DNA of 64,000 bases from Camelus dromedarius (taxonomy: Eukaryota), in assembly GCF_036321535.1 (NCBI RefSeq), contig NC_087436.1, positions 62,436,001 to 62,500,000 on the forward strand, read 5' to 3'. The position numbers were made by a program, and so were the translations under genes. The notes beneath the pieces are model-generated. The model saw only the letters and a list, made by a program, of their open reading frames with translations. It made no database searches and was not told where the DNA came from. Positions 13,036 to 25,480 of this stretch are shown here, in pieces (within the stretch, counting starts at the first letter, position 1; each line of letters begins with the position of its first letter).

Positions 13036-13326
13036 TGTGGTTGGCGGGGTGAGTCTGCTTCTGTCAATTGCTTTTTTCAAATTAATCTGAAATGATGAAT
13101 TGAAGGAATAAATAAAGAAAAAAGTTTTATAATCACAGTAATTTTTCCATTCATGCTTTCCCACTGAAGGTGCCAATTGTAGAGGAACTGGGTTAACTTC
13201 CAGTTAATTATACATGTCAAAATAAATAGTATGTTTTAAGTCATAGTAACTTTCTAATTTAGATTGATAGCTCCCTTCTTTTTGCCCCTTTATTTTGTCC
13301 CATTTAATGTTTCCATGGTTCTTCAT

Positions 13327-14915
13327 CAACTTTGTTGAGAAATGATTTGCATACAATAAGTATACTTATTTTAAGTATAAAGTTCATTTGGTTTTGACAA
13401 TTATAATTACCCATGTAACCACAATCATAATCAAGACATAGAATATTTGTATCACTACATATGCCTCTGACTATTTTCTATCTGTTCAGCCTGATTTTGG
13501 CCCCTGGCAACTACTGATTTGCTGTCACTATAAGTTAGTTTAGCATATCTTATAATTTGATATAAATGAAATTATATAGTTTTACATTTATCCAGCTTCT
13601 TTCACTCAATACAATGTTTTTGAGATTCAGTCAAATTCACTGGCATCAGTATTTCATAATTTTATGTTACTGAGCAGTATTCTATTCTTTAACTATACCA
13701 GAAATTGTTTATTTATTCATTTATTGATGGACATTTGAGCTGTTTCCAGTTCTGAACTAAGGATAAAGCTGCTAGGAAAATTCACGTTAAAGTCTTCGTG
13801 TAGACTTATATTTTCAGTTCTGCAGGATAGATATCTTGGAGTAAAGTAGCTGGGTTGTATAGTAAGTATATTTTTAAACAATAAGAAAATGCCAAACTGT
13901 TTACTAAAGTAGTTAGTATTTGTGTCACTTTATATTCCCACCAGCAATGAGAGTTCCAGTTGTTCCACATTCTTGTCAATGTTGATATTGTAATTCTTTT
14001 TTATTTTTGCTGTTTTAATAGGTGTACGTTTGCATTCTTCCAATGACTAATAATGTCGAACATTCTGTGTATGTGCATGGCTAGTTTTGTATTTTGTTTT
14101 GCAAATGGCTGTACAGGGCTTTCCTCTATTTATGAGGATGTTTGTTTTCTCATTGCTTATTTATAGCTTTATATGTTATATATATATATCTTTATAATGC
14201 TGGATATGAGCCCTTTGTCATATATAATTTATAAATAATAATAATTATTATTACTATTATTTTAGTCTGTGGCTTGCACTTTTCTTGAATATGTTTTACA
14301 AGAAGTATAAGTTTTTAATTTTGGTGAATTCCAATATTTCATATATATTATTATTATTTTTAAATTATATATAACAAAGAACTTCCAATTTGTTAACTTT
14401 CTTCTCTCATTGTTAGTAATTACTGCATCTTATGAGGACGTCTTTGGCTACACTGAGGCTGTGAAGATGTTTCATAAATTTAGCTTTTTATTTAGGTCTT
14501 GGTCAATTTCAAGTTAATGATTTGAATGGTATAAGATAAGGGGTCGGGTAAATGTTTTCCATGTAGATGCCCAGTTGCTTCAACATCATTTGTTGAATAG
14601 ACTATCTTTCTACACTAACTTACCTTTGCATATTTGTTGAGAATCAGTTAACAATGAACATGTGCATTTGTTTGAGTTCTCTAGTTTATTTTATGATCTA
14701 CCTGTCTGTTCTCACAAATACCAAACAATCCTGATTACAGTGACATTATAGTAAACTTTGAAGTAAAGTATTACAGGTTCTTCAACTTTGTTTTCCTTTA
14801 CAAAATTATTTCAGCTACTCTTTTTCCTTTGTAGATCCAGATGAATTTTGAAATCAACTTGTCAATTTCTTAAACAAAACGTACTATGATTTTGAGATAG
14901 AGTATAATGTATAGA
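13327..14915 (-). mobile_element. L1M (L1MC/L1ME-type) 3' UTR and end of ORF2
   Basis: ctttgttgagaaatgatttgcatacaataa, cctggcaactactgatttg, gatggacatttgagctgtttccagt, tattcccaccagcaatgagagttccagttgttccacat, catcatttgttgaatagact. Confidence 0.9.
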
Positions 14916-15029
14916 ATGAAATCAGAAAGACAGTGCCAGATCCTGTTATAAAGAGCTTCTTCAGATCTTTAGAAAATTGTCCAGTGTGTAGGTTGCTAAA
15001 TCCTAAATAAATGTATTTACTGTTTAGGG

Positions 15030-15268
15030 TGTGGTATCATGGTTTAGAGTACAGCCCTGAGAGAGATTTCATGCATTTGATCTCACTGCTTATTATTTAG
15101 AAGAGCTTGACCAAGTTATTCATCATCTCTGTGCCTTAGTTTCCTGTTTATCCAGTGAGAATAACAATAGTGACTATCTTGAAGGGATATTTGTAAGAGT
15201 TAAATTAGTCCATGTTTGGAAAGCACTCACAACAGACCTTGGCAAATATTATGTGCCCTGTAGATGTC
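15030..15268 (+). mobile_element. MIR SINE, near full length
   Basis: atggtttagagtacagcc...accaagttattcatcatctctgtgccttagtttcc...ataacaatagt...aaagcactcacaacagaccttggcaaata. Confidence 0.8.
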
Positions 15269-16899
15269 TGGGGTGTTTTTTTTGTTTTTGCTATTGAAAT
15301 AGTTGCTGTATTCATTGCCATTCTTCCATGGTGGCCAAGAAAAAAATATTTTATTAATTAACAATAGCTGCAGGCCAAGGTAATTTTTTTTAATGTTTTT
15401 CAGTGTTAAGTAAACACCTTGTGGGCTCTACATCCTACTGGTGGATCTCCAGGTAGTGATAAAGCATAAGAGAAGCTATTGCACATAGGGACAAAAAAAA
15501 AAAGAAAGGAATTAATAATGCTGAAATGTGTAGAACAGTACAAAAAACAGATTAGAAATAATTAAAATAATATTCCTTTGAGAAGTAGTGAGAAAATCAA
15601 CCACATGTTCTTGAAATACATACTCTTTCTTACTTTAGATCCGTACATCACATAAGAGTGGCAACTTAGATGGGGAAGGATTTAATAAAATTTAAAAATC
15701 TGGAGAGATTGCTTTTATTCTTTTGGAAGAAGGATCTTTGGTGCTGCTGTTGCCCTGTTAGATGGGGAGTATGTTTTGGTCTCATGGGCAGGCAGGCATG
15801 CACCTAGCTTTCCTGGTTAAAGACTGCTGTGCCTGGAGATCATCAGTCGTCCTCTTTAAGGCAAGAACCCTGGGAAGGAAGAAAAAGAGCCTAGAAGACA
15901 GTTTAGGAAGTCTAAAACTTATTCTAGGATTGAGAAGCAAGATAAAAAGGACCTTCAGTTTTCTTTTCTCTTTATTTTCTGTTCTAATTGCTGGAGGAAA
16001 AAAACATGTAGGGAACTCAAGTTGTGTGTTTTTCAGATGCAAGGATGATGTGTTCAGGAGAAAACCATACATAATTTTGATTCATCAGAGGAAAAATGAC
16101 CTGAAAGTTACCACTAATCTTTAGGATTGAAATGTTAAATAGCTTAACAGCAACACCTTAGATAATGTATTAAAAAAATTCAGAATTTGTACGTGAGGCA
16201 AATAGGTATCTGGTCTTTTGTGGCATTATGATTATTCTAGTGTCACAGGTCAACAAAGAAGAGTCATCTATTGTAATCTGGGAGAGCAAGGATGGTACCA
16301 AACATAGCTGTCACACTCTGTACTGGAATGTTTTTAACAGCTTCTTTGCACGAGGAGATGTTTTCATTACATATCTGCTTATCTGTGATTGCCCCATGAA
16401 AAAGATCGATGAAAGAACTGCAGATATAATGGGGATTTCAGATATAATAGTAAGAAGTTTGTGACATACTTTCTGAGATAACCTAACAGGTAGTTCAGAA
16501 GAACTAAACTTGGAGTGGGCTCACAAGGCCTAAGTTTATATTCCAAATTCATTCTTTGTGGAAGAAACTGAGATATTATATGCCAGCTATTAGATCTGGT
16601 TTCCATGATGTTAAAGTAGAAATAATAAAGGTTTGCTCTCTACCCCTGCAATATTATTTTAAAGTATTTAAAATAATGTGTGTTAAATGATTCTGTAACC
16701 CATTATACTGGAGTAGTTTCCATCTTCAAGGATAGTACTACTATGCTTGAGGGTAAAAGTAGCTCTTTGCCTAAAGATCAGTCAAGTGCACCCAAACCGA
16801 CAGACTCTGCGGATAATAGCAATAATTAGTAACTAAGATTCTGACTAGACATTCTTATAAAAAAGAAAGATGACTGGTCATGTTGTTATGTTCTCTGGT

Positions 16900-17340
16900 G
16901 TCCTTCCACTTCTGCAAGTGGAGGATCTCAACCCAGAGTGAAAGCGTGTACGTTACTTGGAATTTCAAATGGGCTGAAAGCTGTGCATGTGTCCATCACG
17001 TCAGTTTGCATTCAGTGAAACTATTTAGCGATACTCGTTCATCATTATTAATCTGGCTTAATTATTCACAGCCTTTGGTTCATTATTTTTCTGTTTATGA
17101 CACAGAAGTTATTAATAGTCCATACTATTTTGACTGCTACCAATACTCAGTTGCTGATTTGCAAGCAGGAAACATTTCCTTGGGACTGTATAAAGCAGTG
17201 CTGTGTATTTGTTCCTGTGTGTTTTTCTTCCAGATTAAATTTATTAGATTACATATGCTTGCATTTCATTACGAGATCATAAAATGTAATGTACTCATAA
17301 ATATCGACATGATGCAGTACCTAAATTACATTTAGGCTGT
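16900..17340. promoter_or_regulatory. Candidate conserved non-coding element/enhancer
   Basis: Repeat-free, several retained CpGs, many TAAT/ATTA cores; conservation not verified. Confidence 0.35.
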
Positions 17341-17630
17341 GTTGAAGACAACCACAAAGCAATGAAAAATTAAGTCTCTTATGATAACAGAGGATTTAGA
17401 GCCAAAAAAAACCCCCAACTTATTTTGAATGGATCACAAGTAAGGTGTTTGCCTGTCTATAACAGTAAACTTAATAAGAATATTTAATTTAAAAGTATAC
17501 TAAAATATGTTTAAATTAAAATAGAAATAAGAAAGCAATTATGCTAAAACTAAAATAACACTAAATTATTTTCAATAAAGAGAGTGTATTCAAATACTAT
17601 AATTCCTAAATGAGACACTCTTACCACAAT

Positions 17631-17848
17631 TTACTGTTTATTGAGTTTTCTATATACCAGTCATTATGTGAAACTGTTTACACAGAATATTTTTTTAATC
17701 CCCACAGCTAATTCATGATATAAGTATTAGTCTTCTTATTTTGTACTGAAGATATAAAGGACTAGTGAAAGTAAAATAACTTGACTGAGATCCAGAGCAT
17801 GAAGTGAGGTCTGAACTCTGCCCAGGTCAAAGGCATAACACTATACTG
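17631..17848 (-). mobile_element. MIR SINE
   Basis: tttattgagttttctatataccag...aatcccacagc...ttttgtactgaaga...aataacttgactgagatc. Confidence 0.7.
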
Positions 17849-20089
17849 ATGCATAACTCTTCTATATACTATACCTACTCCCCTCCTGGTCAAGCCAGTA
17901 TGTTAGTTTCTCATTGGCTTAGTTTATCAGAGAGGATCCTTCCAGGTATCATAGCTTCCATCTGATATGGCTTCTAATTCTCTGTGTTTAGGTCTAAGTC
18001 CTAGAAGTAAGTCTTCTTGTAATGAGTTCATCCTGTTTTCTGTTTTGAATAATATTTTGTTTTTGCCAGAAGTCCTATTACTTCTCTAGCTATAAGGAAT
18101 GCAGAACTTGTCTATATATTTCTGAACCTCAGTTAATTTCATTAGAATTCATGTTGTTTATAAAACATTTATTTGTCATACTCTTTTGCTCATAACACTA
18201 GAATAGTCTTTTCTAAATGTGAATTTTTCTTTTTCAATATGGAATTGGAATTGTGTTGCTCAGACTTTAGGAATTAAAGTTCAAAAATTGAAATATATTT
18301 TAAGTATTGAGAAAAATTTAATTCTCTTTATGGATTTGGTAATTTAGCTGGTTATTCAATATTCTAGAAGTTTAGAAATATTTGTAACAATGTCGTTACC
18401 CTGCAGCAGTCTGTATTCTGCCACAATATCTAAAATGATGTAAAACTGAAAAACATGATATTCAGTTAAAAATGTAACTTCTATATTTTGATGACAGTTT
18501 GACATAAGTGTGCATATGACTCACTTACTATAGACGATAGAAAAATAATTATTCTGAAAATTTTAGCAACATTCTTCAGTAAGAAAATTTGAACAATTTT
18601 TCAAAATTGTTTCATTTTTTTCAAGAAAAAGTCAGAGTAAGTCTATCTATTCTAAGAAATAGCTGTTTTTATTGTTTCTTTGAAGTCTGATATTTAGAAA
18701 GTAGGCTTACTAGGTGTGTAAAGTGCAGCTAACACAGAATTTTTAACAATTTTATTTTATGTAGAACTGTGCAATACCAGAATATATATTCTTTTGTTCA
18801 CTTAGGCTAAATATTTTGAAAAACTTATGTCTTTGATGGTTTCAGAAATTTTATCTGTCTGCCCACATATAAATAGAGTATTATCTCCACTGATGCCATA
18901 GACATTTGGTTATATGTGGATCTATTTGCTTCTCATGTTGACTTGTAGTTTTGAAGAATGTGTAGAGAGATTTGGATTTGAGACTCCCATCTTTGCCCTT
19001 TGGAAGGCGAGGACCTTTTTCTTTTAAATTTTGATTTCTGTACCCTCTATTATTTTGGTATACAAGAGCACAAAATATATTTCAATATTCTGTTTCTCTT
19101 AATGTTTAAGTTACGATCCAATTTATAGGGAATCATTTTTGAAAAATATGAAGAATATTAGAGAGAATTATTTGCTTTAATGGCCACATAGAAAAAATAC
19201 TTAAGCTTAACTCTCCAGGAAAATCAGGTCCATATCCGTAAAATAAATCAGCACATAGCAATTAGCACATTGTACAATAAAGAAGAATTTCAGAAAGTTG
19301 ATTAGATTTCCAACGTATTTTACACATTCTTATAATTTGCTGAAATGAACAGAAATAAGTCAATGATACTGAAAGATAGAGTGACTACAGAGATATTTCA
19401 AAAACAGAAAAACAAAATAATAGACACTATAAAACCTTGATGTGATTTAAGCTACAGATGGCAAAAAGAAAAAGCTACCATAGCAAACACAAGCCATCAT
19501 CACTACTGTGTCCTAGAGGGCGTGCTAAGAGAGCACTTCACATGTACTGCTACTTTCACTTTGTACAGCAACCGATTTTTTTTTTTTAAGGAATTGATGG
19601 TATACAGTTAATTATGGTATAGCTTTAGTAGTAGCTGTTTGATTGTAGCTCATTTGTTGGATCATTTCTATATTTCTAGAAGTTATTTCTTACGGCTCAG
19701 CCTAAAGCCTACTCCTTAGAAATCCTCCAGCCATTTTATAAGCACCTCATTTCTGTATTCAGTATTTGTTGCTTTGGCTACCTACAGTTGTTTCTCTTTC
19801 CTGCCCTGAACTGGACTGATAATTGCTAAGCTTTACTTGGTCTTAGAAGGACAAAGAGAAAGCAGGGACCAGTTACATGATCTAAGAGCCAATAATGACA
19901 TGGATGGTCCATCCTCTTAGACATATTGAAAAACAATTTGACTTATGGGATGATATTTTTAATTTTTGTGCTGAACTTGTTTGTCATGAGTTTAATATGT
20001 GGAAATTGTAGTGGAAAAGAAAATGAAATGAACTAAAGTTAGTTGAGAATAATAATGAATCTAATTCCATTTTTCATTTTTGATTACTG

Positions 20090-20440
20090 ACAGATTTCAA
20101 ACTCAACCACTCCTCAAATCTGACAATCTGATAAGAAAGCTCAGGTTCTCCCTCCTTTGGTGCAGGCAGAAGTTTAATCCAAAGAAGCCCCAGCCAGAGT
20201 AGGAACTCTCACCCAGGTGACATTTTCTAACCACCATAAAAACCAAGCCATTCTCCTTTCCCAGCTCTCTCAAGCCTTTTCAGACCAGCTTGAGAGCCAG
20301 CCCTGTTCTTCCAAGAAAACCTCATTATGTGAATAAGAAACCATTCTCATACTATCTTGGTACAAATGTGGCACCATCAGTCTTGACATCCAAACCAAAT
20401 TAAGGGTAGGGCTCATCTCCAATACTGTCATGATCACACA
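20090..20440 (+). mobile_element. ERVL-class LTR (MER54/LTR52-like), probably 5'-truncated
   Basis: ctaaccaccataaaaaccaagcca, cctcattatgtgaataagaaacc, catcagtcttgacatccaaaccaaat; ends in CA. Confidence 0.7.
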
Positions 20441-21810
20441 GTGAACATGGGAGCATCCAGGTGATGACCACCACCACTGGGAGTCTTCTCATGCTGTGGC
20501 TTGCCAGCTGGCTCTGTTGCCTGTTGACAATTTACACTTTCATTTATGTTTCTCTGTGCTACACTGGCTAAACCTTACTGAGCCTCTGTTATAAATTTAA
20601 TCTACCTAAGTCAGAAGTCTTGATAATTGGTGAAGAGGGACAGGAGAATGGGAGTGGGGCCCTTTTAAAAGTGGTTGATCGTGAATCTTAACCCAGATGT
20701 ATCTGTGCATCTCAGATTGAATTATATGTCTCAATTCTAGTGTAAATTGTGAAATATACTACTCTCAGGAAGAATACTCTTACCGTGTTACGATTGGTAA
20801 TGCCTCATACAAAATTGATCCCCATTTTATAGAGTACTTAGAGAAGACTGATGCCCTGCAATATATGGACCAGTTGGATGGTTACTTCCGTTAAAAAGTA
20901 CTAGTTGCCAATGTGGCATGTTGAAATCAGTCTTTAAAGCAGAAGGCTCACTAGGACCCTGCAGAATGCCTCTGTTACTGCTGTTGCTCAAGCTTTTATC
21001 ATAACAAAGATCCTGATATTTAGATCCACAGGGAAAGACACTCATGGCACACCCTTGGCAGAGCAAACCTAGCTTTAGCCCAGGATTCTTCAATGCAATA
21101 AAACAACCATAGCCGTAGGGACAACCTTAACCCTGGCAATACTGATTTGAGACCTGCAAGAAGGAAAATAAAAATGAGTAGAATAGTGAGGAACTCCCTA
21201 AATTATACCTGAAATAAAAACAAACAAAAAAGACAATGAAAGCAAACAAATTGAAAATCTGGATATGGAGGTGGAGACACAAAACTAAAAAGAAGTCCAC
21301 AATTTGACTCAATAAGAAATCCGAATTTTACTGAAGGAAATTTATACAACAAAAAGTTAAAGGGAGGTGATTGGCTTTGGCACTTCTACAAGGTAGGCTC
21401 TGATAAAGCAGATAACTTTATCTGCTGAAACGTACTAATTGGTAAGCTTTCATGGTCTTATTGATACCTGGGCTTGAATTAGAGTTATAAATAGGGTTAT
21501 ATATACTAAATTTAAACAGGGTAACTCATGTACTCTTAAGAAAGTTACTGGACATAAAATAGAGAACAAACAGATGTCTGAACCTTAACCACTGGAAATA
21601 CTGCCTTGCCTATAAATTCCCCATAGTACCATTGCCTTAAAATAGTCTGCAATGGGGATGAACACTCTTACCCAATGAGTAAGAAATTAAAATGAATTAA
21701 GTCTGTACCACTTACTATCAGCTTCATAAAATAGAATCCTGTGGATTTTGGCCTACCTCCCCCTTGTTTTTTTTAAAGGTAATTAGTAATGTTATAGAAC
21801 GCCAATACAA
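20441..21810 (+). mobile_element. Decayed ERV internal region (leader, gag-like, protease remnant)
   Basis: Directly follows the LTR; 21448 onward translates FHGLIDTWA*IRVI...KFKQGNSCTLKKVTGHKIENKQ, a decayed LIDTGA aspartic-protease motif. Confidence 0.65.
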
Positions 21811-22211
21811 GTGTTTCTGGGATGTGTTTTAACCCAAAAGCTAGGAAAATTTAAACATACGTAGATAGAAAGATTGGACTGAAGTCTGACCTTATAAGTG
21901 TCCATATTTTTATCAGATCATGAATATAGAGCTGAATTGATTTAACTAAAGTTGTGCATTTAAGCTTTGTGACCGTACTACAACTGTGATATTCTAGACC
22001 CTAAATCATAACAGTTGTTTAAATTACCATAATTTAAAAAGACTTTGTTTTATCATTGTTTAATTCAGCTTCACTTTTATATATATCACCTAAATGTTTA
22101 TTTATTAGGCTGTGAATTATTAGTCAAAAAAGAAATATTTTGTAAGAAGTAACTGTAGGCCAAATTTAATTATATAGAAAATTCAAACGATATAGGAAAG
22201 CTAACTCCTGC

Positions 22212-22279
<68 letters not shown>
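22212..22279. repeat. Compound (TA)n(TG)n(TA)n microsatellite
   Basis: Uninterrupted alternating purine/pyrimidine tract read directly. Confidence 0.95.
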
Positions 22280-22612
22280 AGAATTATATATGATGTATGA
22301 TGTAATACATATGACATAGTTTAAGATGATGGTAAATGTCATATAATTAACATCAAGAATATGTGATGCTTACATTTTAGGCTGTTACATATTATTGAAA
22401 ACTAAGGGATGAATTTCAACTTTGAGTCTCAAATGTGGCCCATGTTTTTGGGATATCTGAATCTGTCATTTTACTTGGGAAAAAAAGGTTATTTATCTCC
22501 ACCTTGTCTATTAAGTTATAAATGTGAGGTCATGTGCTCTTATAAGAAGGATCATCCTTGGAAGTCAGAGATTTGTAAAGTTTTCTAGAGTCTAACATCC
22601 TCTCTGGTTCCT

Positions 22613-22666
22613 CAGAAACCATCACTAATAATGGCTAATAGTAGCCATTATTAGTGATGGTTTCTG
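22613..22666. repeat. Perfect inverted repeat, 25-bp arms, 4-nt loop
   Basis: cagaaaccatcactaataatggcta-atag-tagccattattagtgatggtttctg; arms are exact reverse complements. Confidence 0.97.
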
Positions 22667-23544
22667 CCATCATTTTTTAAGAAAATCTCAAGTGATTTTA
22701 AGCAACTGTTAAAAATCTGACTAAACGTCAGAAACTAAAACAACTTAAGAGGCACTCTGTATAGGAAAGAGAGAAAAATAAAGTTGCTGATTCCCTAAAA
22801 ACCTGTCAAAAGCTACTGAGTAATTCCTTACTTTCCTTTGGTTGTTTTAATATCAACTATGGCTGTGAGTGTGTCCAGCTGCTTCTAAGGGTCTTGTTCT
22901 CACGGAGCTAGCTACTTAGAATCATTTACATAGCCATGTTAGATCATAAACTATACTTGGTTTCCAGTGGCAGCTATGGTATTTATGGCTCATTATTTTA
23001 ATTTTTTTTTTTTCAAAACTAGCCTGGAGCAGCATTATGATCAAGCCTATGTAACAGACTGCAGCACCACCCTCCTGGATTTGTGTTTTACTCTGGGCAG
23101 GGCAGAGACTTTCCTTTCCCCCTTGATTCAGAGTGAATTCTCTGTTCTACTAGACTATCTTTTCTGCAAAAGGATTGTATGGTTGAACAAAGTATTCTTT
23201 CTTGATAATGACTCATAACAAATATGTATGGCATTTGGCAAACATTCCTAATTTCTCATTTCATTTAATTTTCTCTAGCCTTCCCTCCCATAAATATTCA
23301 CCATGGTTGACAGTACAATCATACAAATCAAATTCTAGGAAAGGCTTTGGCTCTCCTATAATCCCCCAAGGCTAATAAACATTCCAAATCCAGCATTATA
23401 ATCACAAAGATATTCCAATGAAAAGCTTTTTCTTCCATGGAGACTAAGAAGTTGGATGGTTAATGGCAGTGTTCAGTGAGGGACCATTCTTGACTACAAC
23501 AGAGAGATAATTATAATCTGGCAGTTAGTAGTCACTGAATGTTT

Positions 23545-24705
23545 AATTTATTAATTCAGCAAATTTTTTTGAGAAGTTACTGTGTGCAATATACTCTTAT
23601 AGTTGCTAAGGATGCAACAATAAGTAAAGGAGACAGAAATCTTCGATGACATAGACCAGGATAATGCTGCTCTATTAATAACTCTATACTCTTAGAAGTT
23701 TAAAACTATGAAGGTTTATCGTATACAAATAGAATCTTTATTACAGATTAGCTGGGGGATCTGTTTTTTATGTTCTCACTCTGCAGCCCAGACTGATTTT
23801 GTAGCTGCTGTTATTTCTACCAGTCACAGAGGGAAAAGGAAAGAGTACTATGAAGGGTCTCACACCAGTGAGCAAGTGCCCCAGAACAGAAACGATCAAC
23901 AGCAGTGTTGTTCACACATCATTAGAACTAGTCACATGATCCCACTCAAACAGAAAAGGCTCAGAAAATGTAATCCTCCCATGTGCTCAAGAGCTGGAAA
24001 GCTGGATGTATTCTGTGAGCAGCACGAATTATTACTACTTGGGCACTGGCATATGATAATAAATCAAATACATAGAATATATAGATTATATATAGATATT
24101 ATTAAGTCAAACAAAACAGGAAAGTTAAATAGAAAGTTTAGATTTGGGGGTACAATTTAAAATAGTAAATCACGGACAGTGTAACAGATGTTGACACTAA
24201 ATGAAGACATGCAGTAGGTAGAGGGGTGAGACAGTCACCTGTGACGAAGAGAATTCTGGACAGAGGGCAGAGAAAACACAAAGATCCGAGGGTAGAGATT
24301 TGTGTTGTGAGATCCTGAACAGCAACAGAGCTAACGTTGCTGGAGGAGAGAGTAGAAAGAATGAAATTGAAGAAGTAATTATGGCCAGATCAGCTAAAGC
24401 CACTTCCAGGCTTTGAACAGAAAAGTAAAATGATCTTTTCTGCAGATTAGCGAGATCTTCCTGTTGCTGTATTGACAGTAGAAAATGTGGGGGCAAGGAC
24501 ATAAATGTGATGACCAGGGAGGAGGCATTCATCTGTGCAAGAAACAAATCAGGCTTGACTCACGTTCGTAGCAATGAAGCAAGTTAGTCCTCTGGACTCT
24601 GAATATGTTTTAAAGAGTCAGCCAGCATAGTTTGCTGATGAATAGTTTGTTGGGAGAGAAAGGAAGACTTCAACGATCAGGGTGTTATCCTGTGAAACGA
24701 AAGGG
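23545..24705 (-). mobile_element. L2 LINE interrupted by an MLT1 LTR
   Basis: Reverse L2 tail ttaattcagcaaattt...ggagacagaaat; resumes at ~24040 with gaagagaattctggacagaggg...ctgaatatgttttaaagagtcagcc. Confidence 0.75.
23650..24038 (-). mobile_element. MaLR solo LTR (MLT1J/K-like)
   Basis: ccaggataatgctgct, agaactagtcacatgatcccac, aaatgtaatcctcccatgtgctcaaga, gtgagcagcacgaattattactac. Confidence 0.75.
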
Positions 24706-24719
24706 CTAGCATGCCCTAT

Positions 24720-25480
24720 AAGCTCTCACTTCAAATATTCATATAGTTACCTGGCCTTCTGTTGCTGCCATTCCCACTGCCACCACCTTTGTGCATGTCA
24801 GCACCATCTTTCCAGAGCCTCAGACTGGTATAACTCTGTCCACTCTTTCACTGACAAGACAATTTTCCAGATAGTAGCCCAAGTGATTTCTTTGAAAACA
24901 AAATATTTTCTGTAACAGAGATCAAATTTCAAAGTCTTTGCTTTGAATTTCAAAGGCCCCACATGATGTGGCATTTGGCAACCCCCTGACCTCACTTACA
25001 ATCAGTCTCCTTCTTTGCTCACTCAACTCCGATCAGCCAGCGTTTCTGAACTTTGAACATAACAAATACTTACCCTTTCAGGATCTCTCCATACTATTTT
25101 CTGAGTGAAATAGTTTTCCCCCAAATATTTGCTAAGATCCTCACTCACCTTACTCAGGTTTCTTTTCACAAGTCAGACCATCATAAAGGACTTTTCTGAA
25201 TACTTCATCTATAATCTTTTCCTAGCCCCTAATCTTTTCCACTTTACTCCTCTTTATTTTCCTTGTAGCACTTGTGAATGACTCATGAAATATATTTATT
25301 TGAGTATATTTTTATTTTTGCATTTTTCACTCCACCTCTCCGCACTAAATTTAAGAATTTATGAAGGCAGAGAATTAATCTGACAGACTCATACCTCTCT
25401 CCCCAGTACCTGAATTAGTGACTAGCATAGAGGGAGCACTCAAGATATGTTTGTGTTGAGTGAAAGAGTAAGTGAATAAA
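24720..25480 (+). mobile_element. L2 LINE 3' portion
   Basis: agcccaagtgatttctttgaaaac, caaaggccccacatgat, ccccagtacctgaattagtgactagcatagagggagcactcaagatatgtttg...tgagtgaa tail. Confidence 0.8.

Noticed and set aside
15762..16464. 120-aa and 78-aa ORFs
   Set aside because: No recognisable domain and no coherent splice-site pairs.
22967..23218. 83-aa ORF with a possible acceptor after a poly-T run
   Set aside because: No good donor and peptide unrecognised; the poly-T alone explains the acceptor-like look.
23708..24547. 150-aa and 116-aa ORFs
   Set aside because: They overlap an MLT1 LTR and L2 remnants.
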